From the NCBI RefSeq assembly GCF_032444005.1, contig NC_091284.1, forward strand, positions 277,140,001 to 277,204,000: a stretch of DNA of 64,000 nucleotides, given 5' to 3'. The position numbers and the translations under genes are program-made. Of this stretch, positions 14,401-26,739 are shown piece after piece. The notes beneath the pieces were generated by a model. The model saw nothing but the letters and a program-made list of their open reading frames with translations, did not search any database and had not been told where the DNA came from. The stretch is from Ranitomeya imitator (lineage: Eukaryota). Positions within the stretch are counted from its first letter, which is position 1. Every line of letters starts with the position of its first letter.

Positions 14401-17400
14401 GTGGTGAACGTTTTAACCCACCAAGTGCTTCACAGAAGTTTATAATGCAGAGCTGTAAAAATAAAAGATCATATTTTTTCGCAAAAATTATCTTTTCGCC
14501 CCCAATTTCTTATTTTCCCAAGGGTAAGAGAAAAAATTGGACCCCAATAGTTGTTGTACAATTTGTCCTGAGTACACGGATACCCCATATGTGGGGGTAA
14601 ACCACTGTTTGGGCGCATGGCAGAGCTCGGAAGGGAAGGAGTGCCGTTTGACTTTTCAATGCAAAATTGACAGGAATTGAGATGGGACGTCATGTTGCGT
14701 TTGGAGAGCCACTGATGTGCCTAAACATTAAAACCCCCCACAAGTGACACCATTTTGAAAAGTAGACCCCCTAAGGAACTTATCTAGATGTGTGGTGAGC
14801 GCTTTGACCCGCCTAGGGCTTCACAGAAGTTAAAAATAATGCAGAGCCGTAAAAATAAAAAATTAAAAATTTTCCCACAAAAATAATTTTTTAGCCCCCA
14901 GTTTTGTATTTTTACAAGGGTAACAGGAGAAATTGGACCTCAAAAGTTGTTGTCCAATTTGTCCTGATTACGCTGATACACCATATGTGTGGGGAACCAC
15001 CGTTTGGGCGCATGGGAGGGCTCGGAAGGGAAGGAGCGCCATTTGGAATGCAGACTTAGATGGAATGGTCCTCAGGCGTAACATTGCATTTGCAGAGCCC
15101 CTAATGTACCTAAACAGTAGAAACCCCCCACAAGTGACCCCATATTGGAAACTAGACCTCCCAAGAAAATTATCTAGATGTGTTGTGAGAACTTTGAACC
15201 CCCAAGTGTTTCACTACAGTTTATAACACAGAGCCGTGAAAATAAACAATCTTTTTTTTCCCACAAAAATTATTTTTTAGCCACCAGTTTTGTATTTTCC
15301 CAAGGGTAACAGGAGAAATTGGACCCCAAAAGTTGTTGTCCAATTTGTCCTGAGTATGCTGATACCCCATAGGTAAACCCTGGTTTGGGCACACGGGAGA
15401 GCTCAGAAGGGAAGGAGCACTGTTTTACTTTTTCAACGCAGAATTGGCTGGAATTGAGATCGGATGCCATGTCGCGTTTGGAGAGCCCCTGATGTCCCTG
15501 ATGTGCCTAAACAGTGGAAACCCCCCAATTATAACTGAAACCCTAATCCAAACACACCCCTTACCCTAATCCCGACGGTAACCCTAACCACACCTCTAAC
15601 CCTGACACACCCCTAACCCTAATCCCAACCCTATTCCCAACCGTAAATGTAGCCCCAACCCCAACCCAAACTTTAGCCCCAACCCTAACCCTTAATTTAG
15701 CCCCAACCCCAACTGTAGCCTTAACCCTAGCCCCAACCCTAACCCTAGCCCTAACCCTAGCCCTAACCCTAATGGGAAAATGGAAATAAATACATTTTTT
15801 AATTTTTCCCTAACTATTTCGGGTACGTGACATTTTTTGATTGCTTTTAATTCCGATTTTTGTGATTTGCTATTCATGAATTTCTTTTGAGGGAGGCGTT
15901 TATACCGTTCCGCGTTTGGTAAAATTGATAAAGCAGTTTTATTCTTCGGGTCAGTATGATTACAGCGATACCTCATTTAAATCATTTTTTTATGTTTTGG
16001 CACTTTTATACGATAAAAACTATTTTATAGAAAAAATAATTTTTGCATCGCTTTATTCTGAGGACAATAACTTTTTTTTCGCTGGTGATGCTGTGTGGCG
16101 GCTAGTTTTTTGCGGGACAAGATGTTTTCAGCGGTACCATGGTTATTTATATCAGTCTTTTTGATCGTGTGTTATTCCACTTTTTGTTTGGCGGTATGAG
16201 AATAAAGCTTTGTTTTTTGCCTTGTTTTTTTTTTTTTACGGTGTTCACTGAAGGGGTTAATTAGTGATATAGTTTTATAGGTGGGGTCGTTACGGACGCG
16301 GCAATACTAAATATGTGTACTTTTATTGTTTTTTTAATTTAGATAAAGAAATGTATTTATAGGAAGAATATTTTTTTTTTGGGGGGGGGGGAATTTTGTA
16401 AAAAAAATTTTTTACACAGGTGAATATTTTTTTTTTTACACTATAACATTGCCCTGGGGGGGGGGGGGCTGATCTGACACTTTGCTGTGCGATCTGACGT
16501 GCACTTCTCCTGGCTTCCCGGCGCCTGCTCTGAGCAGGCGCAGTGAAGCCACCTCCATGCAGGACCCGGATGCCGTGGCCATCTTGGATCCGGGCCTGTT
16601 GCAGGGAGGAGGAGGTAACGAACCTTCGCAGCAACGGGATCACATCGTATTGCTCCGGGGGTCTCAGGGAAGCCCGCAGGGAGCCCCCTCCCTGCGTGAT
16701 AATTCCCTATACCGCCGGCACACTGCGATCATGTTTGATCGCAGTGTGACGGGGGTTAATGTGCCGGGGGCGGTCCGTGACCGCTACTGGCACATAGTGC
16801 CGGATGTCAGCTGCGATAGTCAGCCATGAGCGCGGCCGATCGCTATGATGTACTATCCCGTCGAGGGTCAGATAGGCCCAGGTCACCTCGACGGGATAGT
16901 ACATCTAAGGTCAGAAAGGGGTTAAAGACTTAGTCTTCAGTTCTGGATAACTCCTTTAAAGTTGTTCTCTACTGTGTCAAATCCAATGGAGCGGTCAAGA
17001 CCCAGAAATGACTTGCACAGGCACCATGCCCACACTGAGAATCCACTATCATTTCGTACTGAACTTCATACAAGTTCTCAGCATCTTTTTGTGTCACCTA
17101 CAGTGGCTTGCGAAAGTATTCAGCTCTAGGCTTTTTAGCCATTTTGTTACATTACAACCAGTGTATAAATATTTTGTTATCTGATTTGTGTGTTATGCAT
17201 CAGCACTAAATAGTCTAAGTTGGTGAAGTGAAGTGAGAAAAATATAGGCATATCTTAAATTTATGGGATCAGATAACTAAAAATTGTCATGTGCATATGT
17301 ATTTACCCCTTTTGAGATGAAGCCCCTCAAAATTTCTGGTGCAGGCAATTACCTTCACAAGTCACATGCTTAGTGACAGGAAGTCCACTTGTGTGCAAGT

Positions 17401-20400
17401 GTCACATATTCTGTCAGTATATACACATCTTTTCTGAAAGGTCACAGAGGCTGCAACACCGTTAAGCAAGAGGCACCACTAACCAAACAACGCCATGAAG
17501 GCCAATGAGATCCCCAAACAAGTCAGGGATAAAGTTGTTGAGAAGTACAAGTCAGGGTTGGTTTATAAAAAAAATCCCAATATCTGATGATCCCTGGAGC
17601 ACTATCAAATCCAGTATCATCAAATGGAAAGAACATGGTACGTGTAATGCTGCCACAGCGCAGTATCATGCGTCCTATTCCAGGGGGGGGCTGAAGAGGA
17701 TAGGTAGCACTCACGGCGTAAAACTTCAGTGCGGCAGCGCAGGCGCCACTAGGTGGCAAGAGATCGGACAAGCAGGGTCAGGAATGGACGGGAAACGCAG
17801 TACCAGGAAAACCTGCAATTCTTGTGGTCAGATGCAAGCCAAAGAAGTCAGAGCCAGTTGGGAGCGGAGATGCCAGAGACATAAGCCAGAGAAACAGGTC
17901 AGGGGACAAGCCGGGTCAAATACCAAGGTCACAGCACGGGGAGCACACAGCAAGACGATCGGGGAAGCAGGAATGGGAAGGCATGGGAACAGAGTAAACT
18001 GGCAGAGGACAAATCAGGGTGAAACGGAGTCAGTGCTCAAGCCAGGGGGCAAGAAGTATAGCTGACGCTGCCTGTAGGCAGCCGTGGACTGAAATAGCAA
18101 AATATACCCCAAAACGAGGCAAAGGTTAACCCTCGCATGACCAGACTGGGGAAAGAATAGCAAGAAACAAACCCCGACCTGGATCGTGACAGTACCACAA
18201 CAAACCTACCAAGAGAGAACGGCCCACAAAACTCTCAGCCTGAGCAAGGAGGGCGTTAATCAGAGAGAAAGCACAAAGACCAAAGGTAACCATGAATGAG
18301 CTTCAGAGTTCCCAAGCAGAGACTAAAGTATCTGTCTATACGACCACAATAAGCCGTACAATAGATGTGGCCTTTATGGAAGAGTGGGTAGAAAAAAAGC
18401 CTTTACTTCAACAACAAAAATTGTAAGGCTTGTTTTCAGTTTGCCAAAAGACATGTGGGAGACTCCCCAAATGTATGGAGGAAAGTTATCACCCCAAGAA
18501 CACCATCCCCACAGTGAAACATGGTGTTGGCAGTATCATGCTATGGGGATGTTTTCGGCATCAGAGACAGGGAAAATGGTCTGAGTCGAAGAAAAGAAGG
18601 ATGGTGCAAAATACAGGGATATTTTTTAGCAAAACCAGTTTCAGTCTGTCAGTGATTTGAAACTCTTTAGAAATACCATGGTTTAGGAAACGAGGGAAAA
18701 AAAAGATACAAGTGCGGTGCTTCCTCTGACTGTAATACATTTTTACCAACAGTAAAAAAAATTATTTTCTGTCGGTAAGAAATTCTCAAGGAATCAATTC
18801 TTTAAGCAACTCTTCTCCGTATGTTGTATAATCCAATTAGGTGTGCAGATCACTTTGGAGAACTATGTGTTGATCCTGCTTCGGATCCACATAGGTGACG
18901 AATTCAAAGGGAAAATAAACTCCAAGCAAATGTGGCGCTAAGCACCTTAGGATTTTTTGAATGCATCCACTTCCAGTGAAAAATGTTAATAAAAATTAAT
19001 TTATTTTCTCAAAACAAAAAAAGGAAAAAATAAATAAATTATATTTTTAAAATGTACTGTATTTTAAAAGTATTTTAAAAATATTTTAAAAATATATATA
19101 TTTTTTTTCCTTTTTTTGTTTTGAGAAAATAAATAAAATTTTTATTAACATTTTTTACTGGAAGTGGATGCATTCAAAAAATCCTAAGGTGCTTAGCCCC
19201 ACATTTGCTTGGAGTTTATTTTCCCAGTGATTTGAAACTGGGACAGAGGTTCACCTTCCAACAAGCCAATGACCCAAAACATTCTGCTAAAGCAACACTC
19301 GAGTGGTTTAAGAAAAAACTTGTAAATGTTTTCTAGTGGCGTAGTCAAAGCCCAGACCTTAATCCAATTGAGGAGCTGTGGTCAGACTTGAAGATTGCTG
19401 TTCATCAGAGGAAAGCATCTAACTTGAAGGGACTTAAGCAATTTTGCCTTGAGGAATAGACAAAAATTACAGTGGCAAGACATGGAAAGTTCAGAGACTT
19501 ATCCAAAGTGACTTGCAGCTGTAATTGCCGCAAAAGGAGGCTCTACAAAGTATTGACTTTAGGGGATGAATAGTTATGCACACTTAAGTTTTCCGTTATT
19601 TTGTCCTATTTGTTGTTTCACAATAAAAAGAAAAATAAATGTTCACAGTTGTAGGCATGTTCTTTACATGAACTGATCCAAACCCTCAAAACAAGTGAAA
19701 TTTTAGGTTGTGTGGTAAAAAAATAAATAAAAAATGACAAGGGGTGAATACTTTCACAAGACACTGTACTCTATGTCTGCCTGAAGAAGGTCTATAATAT
19801 ACTGAAACATATATTTTGCAGCGGAATGCAATTAAAATGACTTCTCGCATTATACTTGAGTGCCAAGTTCTTCATATATAAGACCCAGAACTGGTGCTAA
19901 CAGTAGTATAATCACTGGCTCTTGCATAATTAAAGTATATTAGTGGCTAGAATCTTATTTAAATTTTAAATATTAGACAGCGTAGGACCGTCCCGATCAG
20001 GGTCACCTTGTCGACAGTGGGATGGCTTTTATACTATTTTTGATCAAAAACAGTATTACTAAGAACCCTGTGTTATTTAAATGGACTTTTGCTTTTTACT
20101 TATTTAGTTACAGCAAGGTTTTTGCTTATTTTGTTTCTTGTAGGTTTTCTATGCTTTATGGCCAACGTGAGCACGCGTTTATGTGCTGCATGTATACCAA
20201 CTTAATCCAAGCAACATTTTTGTGTTTTTTTCTTTGTATTTTTTCATTCTGTGCAAGCTGGGGTGTGGCCTCCCTCTCCTGAGCTAGAAATTATATTTAA
20301 AGGCTTTCCCAGACTTGTATCCACAGGTCGGGACCCGGTCCTTTTATCTGCCTTTATTCACACACTGATGTCACTCTGACACATGGTAAGGTTTTTAATA

Positions 20401-23400
20401 TTAGACAGTGTAGGACCATCCCGATCAAGGTCACCTTGTCGAAGTTGGGATGGCTTTTGTGCTATTTTCGATCAAAAACAGTATTACTAAGAACCCTGTG
20501 CTATTTAAATGCACTTTTGGTTTTTACTTATTTAGTTGCAGCAGGGTTTTTCCTCAATTTGGTTCTTGTAGTCTTTGTATATTCTAAATATGTCTAAAGA
20601 TACGTTTTTCTAGCTTAGGTTTAGACAAAAAATAATAAATTCAATTGTGGAAAGAAAAAGCACATGTTCTGTATCAAATATATTATTTTTTTTTACACTT
20701 TTTCCAAATATATGATAGCAAATTAAAGGTGATTTTCAACCCTGTAACAAAGCAAAACATGATCATAATCATAATCACCTTCCCATCTCCCACAGCTTCT
20801 ATTCTAATACTAGATGGGGGCCAGAATGCTGGCTTAGGTTAAAATGACTGCCCAAAATGACTGCTATTGGAAATGTCAACATTGCGTCAGTGAAAAATGA
20901 TCATATCTAGGTTTATTTTTATGTTACAAACTCACCCAAACATGCTAAATGAGGTTTTCCTACATTAGTAAGTGGTAAAGGAGGAGGTAGAGGAGATAAA
21001 TCATCACTATCTTGAATGCCTCCGATGGTGTGTGAATGACGCCTCTCCTTGGGTTCATCCTGAGAATGTGATTGGTACCTGATAAGTTAAAATCGCAATA
21101 AAATAATGTAAGCTCAGGAGTGTAAAGTAGCTTCTTGAACAATAATTCATTAGTACAATAGTGCCAGAGGACAGAATTTAGCTAGGAGAATGGCAGACAT
21201 ACGATACAAAATAAAAATGCGTGATTAAGAATAGTTTTACACCATGTCAGTGCAGACTCCGTCACAAGGGAGAAAGCAAACATTCCCTTGGGACTGGTAA
21301 GGAATGTTATAATTCTCCTTTGTGCCAGATCTGAGGGTGGCAAATAGTGGAGGATTTTACCCTTTCCCAGCCAAGAATGTATTGTAATCCTTTCAGGATG
21401 GCAACTCAGTAGCCAAATATGCTTAAAATATGTTCTGGTTACTAATGGTCATATCTCAGCCTAGATCATGGCGACAGCTAAGAATTACCTCTCTGGCCCC
21501 AACCCAGCCTGAGATATTAAGGTGTGAGGCGCCTCTGGCATTCCCATGAGAGTAGATACTGCAGCTAGGACGCGACTACAGCAGCGATCCTGGTCTCACT
21601 GTAAACTGTAAAGTTGAGAATATCAGCTGTTGTAGCTGAAATCCAGGCTGTGATACAGACTGTTAAAGATCACCCCACCCCCACCCATTTCAGCCAGTGC
21701 TAAGGGGGGGGGGGGGGGGGCTGGGGACATCAAATTGCATGTGGAGGAGCCGTGGGGGCATCATACTATTAAGGGGTAGCTGGGGGCATCATATTGTAAG
21801 TGGAGGAGCTATGGGGGCATTATACTATGGAGGAATGGCTGGGGAATCATAAAGTATGTGGAGGAGCCGTGGGGGCATTATACTATTGAGGGGTGGCTGG
21901 GGGACATCATATTGCATGTGGAGGAGCTGAGGGGGTATCATACTATTATGGGGTAGCTGGGGGCATCATATTGTAAGTGGAGGAGCTTTGGGGGCATTAT
22001 ACTATGGAGGGGTTGCTAGGGACATCATATTGTATGTGGAGGAGCTGTGGGGCATCATATTATGAAGGGGTGGCTGGGGGCATCATATTGTATTGTGGAG
22101 AAGCTGTGGAGGCATCATACTATGGGGGGGTGGCTGGAGGCATCATATTGCAGGTGGATGAGCTGAGGGGGCTTTATACAATGGAGGGGTGGCTGGAGGC
22201 ATCATACTAAATGTGGAGGAGCATCGTACCATGGAAGGGTGCCTGAGGCATGATATTGTATGTGGAGGAGCTGTGGGGGCATCATAATGTGCAGGGGTGG
22301 CTCGGGACATCATATTGTATGTGAAGAAGCTGTGGGGGCAACATACTATGGAGGGGTGGCTTGGGTCATCATATTGTATATCGAGGAGCTGTGGGGACAT
22401 CATACTATGGAGGGGTGGCTGGGGGCATCATATTCTATGTCGAGGAGCTGTGGGGGCATTATACTATGGAGTGGTGGCTGAGGGCATCATAGTGTATATC
22501 GAGGAGCTGTGGGGACATGATACTATGGAGGGGTGGCTGGGGGCATCATATTGTATGTCGAGGAGCTGTGGGGGCATTATACTATGGAGGGGTGGCTGGG
22601 GGCATCATAGAGTATTGATCATGGTGCGTCAATAATTATTATACATACTGAAAGTGGTATTCCCATCTTTCCTCATTTGCAGGCATTGCAAGATCTTAAG
22701 TATCAACACACTAACTAGGTATACAAGGTATAGAACCACTGATGAAGTGACAGTACAGCCGGGGTCAGACTAGCGATGAATACGGACGAGTGCTATGCAA
22801 TAAAACATTGCACAGCATTCGGACCAGTATTCATCTATGGTGCAGCTCCCATCACCGTTTTTTTCTAGGCCATTTTCAACGTGCGAAAGAAATTGTAGCA
22901 TGCAGTGATTGTCACAAACAATCGGCCGAGTCTCGATTCACTCGCACCCATAGAAGCCTATGGTGCGTGTGAGACAACGCACATCACTCGGATATCATCG
23001 AAGCTGATGGAACTCATTTCTCCGCCTCCTCCGCAGCTGTGGTCCGATCCGCTCTGTGCGAGAGGATCGGAGCACATTGGCATGACACTCGGCTCCCACT
23101 CACAGCAGAGCAGAAGCTGAGGGTCATTAGTATATCGCATCCGATGCTCTCACATCACATGCCATACGCTAGTCTGATCCCGGCCTAAGTTAGCTAGTTG
23201 CTAGTGGTTGTAACCATTGATAACTAACCTACTGCAATGCCTGCACATGAGTAAAGAGACTTAGCAAATCAGAAAAACTATACTACATTTCTAATTGGAG
23301 GTATTTTCTAACATTATTATTATTACACCTATTAGGATATGATCTTAGAGATGGCAATACACCTTTAAGGAGTGAAACTCCTATATAAATATAGCAAATG

Positions 23401-26400
23401 ACCAGAAACAAAAAGCTCATAAAAAGTGTAATCTTTATTAAATATGAAGTGGACAAGACTTTACACTTACACTTTTGTGTTTTCCTTCTCTTCTTAAAAA
23501 ACCTTAATTGTTTTTATTCTCCCTTTAACGTAGCCATATGAGGGCTTGTTTTTTTATATGGTGAGCTGACATTTTTATTAATACCATTTTAAGATGCATT
23601 CGCTTATAAATGCATTTTTTGTGGTGTTGCCGTGACCAGAAAAATTGTAATACTGGTGTTATATTTTCTTTATGAGCTTTGCCAATAAGGGTAATTAATT
23701 TTGCATTTCATAGATCAGACAAAACAATGCCACAGTTTTTTTTTAATCTTTAATGGGGACAAGTGGAATAATTCAAATTTTTATATTTTTTATATAATTT
23801 TTCATTTTTTTTTCTTTACCGTACATTATTTTTAGCCCCTGTAGGGTACTTAAACCTGTGATCATCTATCAGTTACACTATATACAGCAGTACCACAGTA
23901 TTTCAGTATATAGTAAAAACAATGGTCTCCTATGAATGCCAGCCAAAGGCTAATCCTTACTGGAGTACTGCCATGGAAGCACAACAGCACTCTGTGATCA
24001 TGTCACAGGGAGTATTGGGCACTTGCAGCGTCGCGCTCTCCTTCCCTCCAATTCATACACTGTAAATACGGGTGTCAGAGATTGACAGCAAAAGGTGGAG
24101 TTCAGAGGTAGGCACCGCCAGCCAACATCTGCCAGAGAACTATGCAGGCTCCGCTCCAGAGCCTGCATCAACGATGGGAACCAAAAACTGGATGTAGCTG
24201 TATGTCCAATGTTGGAAGAGACCTAAGGGCTGTTGAGACCTAAGGGCTGTAAAAACATACCTTAATCCTTTTTTTGGCAATGTGTTTCGGTCCTGGACAG
24301 CACTGTGGAAGTAAAGTTGAACAGTTACACACAGCAAACAATATGGCGTGCAGTTTTGAGTATAAGTGTGCATAGTCGAGGATATGGTCGAGGGGTGGGC
24401 ATATAAAATTATAAATACAACAGGTGGACTATAGAAGTAGAATACATTCTAAAAATAAGTTATACCTAATACAGTATAAATTGGCAGCCCTGACTGTTTG
24501 TAATAAAAATAGGCATAATTATTAAGTTGAGTGAGTCAGATTTCTTAGCAAAAAAAAGACTTCTGTCATATTATGTGTCGTAAACACTTTTGGCACCTCG
24601 GGGCCTGGGTAAAGGGGGTGGCTTTCTGGGACAGCGGCATGGCATAGTGCACAACACAATACGCCAAACAAATGTGTAACAGTTTTCGGTCAAATTTCTG
24701 GAACAAAGATAGCCAAATAATGGGTTGTGTAAGACCGATGAGTCTACGTTAACACATTATATTAGACAATATTGATAAATGTGGCCCAATACCTTCAAAA
24801 ACAAGTAGATATGGACATCTGTGTAAAAAATAAAATATCTTTATATCATGTCTAAATGCTCTCCTCTACAATGATATTCAAACACCAAGAAGAAAATTGG
24901 ATTGTAATTGAGGTGGAATTATGAAAACTAGTTGGACCGTGCAAAATTTTCACACATTGGTTGTCGGGGGCGCAGGCCATTTCAGGAAAATTAAGCAGGT
25001 CAAATGTAAATGTATTTAATGAGATGATGAACATAGAGAGGTATGTATCTCACTGACATAGCGTATATACAGTGGGGCAAAAAAGTATTTAGTCAGTCAG
25101 CAATAGTGCAAGTTCCACCACTTAAAAAGATGAGAGGTGTCTGTAATTTACATCATAGGTAGACCTCAACTATGGGAGACAAACTGAGAAAAAAAAATCC
25201 AGAAAATCACATTGTCTGTTTTTTTAACATTTTATTTGCATATTATGGTGGAAAATAAGTATTTGGTCAGAAACAAAATTTCATCTCAATACTTTGTAAT
25301 ATATCCTTTGTTGGCAATGACAGAGGTCAAACGTTTTCTGTAAGTCTTCACAAGGTTGCCACACACTGTTGTTGGTATGTTGGCCAATTCCTCCATGCAG
25401 ATCTCCTCTAGAGCAGTGATGTTTTTGGCTTTTCGCTTGGCAACACGGACTTTCAACTCCCTCCAAAGGTTTTCTATAGGGTTGAGATCTGGAGACTGGC
25501 TAGGCCACTCCAGGACCTTGAAATGCTTGTTACGAAGCCACTCCTTCGTTGCCCTGGCGGTGTGCTTTGGATCATTGTCATGTTGAAAGACCCAGCCACG
25601 TTTCATCTTCAATGCCCTTGCTGATGGAATGAGGTTTGCACTCAAAATCTCACGATACATGGCCCCATTCATTCTTTCATGTACCCGGATCAGTCGTCCT
25701 GGCCCCTTTGCAGAGAAACAGCGCCAAAGCATGATGTTTCCACCACCATGCTTTACAGTAGGTATGGTGTTTGATGGATGCAACTCAGTATTCTTTTTCC
25801 TCCAAACACGACAAGTTGTGTTTCTACCAAACAGTTCCAGTTTGGTTTCATCAGACCATAGGACATTCTCCAAAAACTCCTCTGGATCATCCAAATGCTC
25901 TCTAGCAAACTTCAGACGGGCCCGGACATGTACTGGCTTAAGCTGTGGGACACGTCTGGCACTGCAGGATCTGAGTCCATGGTGGCGTAGTGTGTTACTT
26001 ATAGTAGGCCTTGTTACATTGGTCCCAGCTCTCTGCAGTTCATTCACTAGGTCCCCCCGCATGGTTCTGGGATTTTTGCTCACCGTTCTTGTGATCATTC
26101 TGACCCCACGGGGTGGGATTTTGCATGGAGCCCCAGATTGAGGGAGATTATCAGTGGTCTTGTATGTCTTCCATTTTCTAATTATTGCTCCCACTGTTGA
26201 TTTCTTCACTCCAAGCTGGTTGGCTATTGCAGATTCAGTCTTCCCAGCCTGGTGCAGGGCTACAATTTTGTTTCTGGTGTCCTTTGACAGCTCTTTGGTC
26301 TTCACCATAGTGGAGTTTGGAGTCAGACTGTTTGAGGGTGTGCACAGGTGTCTTTTTATACTGATAACAAGTTTAAACAGGTGTCATTACTACAGGTAAT

Positions 26401-26687
26401 GAGTGGAGGAAAGAGGAGACTCTTAAAGAAGAAGTTACAAGTCTGTGAGAGCCAGAAATCTTGATTGTTTGTTTCTGACCAAATACTTATTTTCCACCAT
26501 AATATGCAAATAAAATGTTAAAAAAACAGACAATGTGATTTTCTGGATTTTTTTTTCTCAGTTTGTCTCCCATAGTTGAGGTCTACCTATGATGTAAATT
26601 ACAGACACCTCTCATCTTTTTAAGTGGTGGAACTTGCACTATTGCTGACTGACTAAATACTTTTTTGCCCCACTGTATATATATGTA

Positions 26688-26739
<52 letters not shown>

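Larger units (their letters stand above)
17101..19766 (+). mobile_element. Decayed Tc1-family transposon, Passport/PPTN-like, with two internal insertions
   Basis: TA-flanked TIRs CAGTGGCTTGCGAAAGTATTCA / TGAATACTTTCACAAGACACTG; remnant [22 protein letters not shown] near 17495 resembles the recalled Passport N-terminus; [16 protein letters not shown] at about 18510. Confidence 0.8.

Noticed and set aside
15540-15772. True telomere or chromosome fusion site (also 51612-52333)
   Set aside because: Short, degenerate and embedded in transposon-like sequence, with no head-to-head TTAGGG/CCCTAA junction.
17505-18065. 186-aa ORF as a novel gene
   Set aside because: Chance read-through from a frameshifted Tc1 N-terminus into a solo LTR.
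21977-22635. Overlapping Gly/Trp-rich ORFs
   Set aside because: Minisatellite translation.
22738-22760. CTGATGAAG core-like motif
   Set aside because: No downstream GAAAC; a MITE follows immediately.
24390-25030. Possible decayed retroelement coding fragment
   Set aside because: No recognisable RT or endonuclease motif could be read by eye; needs TBLASTX or an HMM search.
25356-26399. Plus-strand ORFs overlapping Tc1 and Gypsy coding regions (also 54030-56919)
   Set aside because: Antisense shadows of transposase and pol sequence with no independent motifs.
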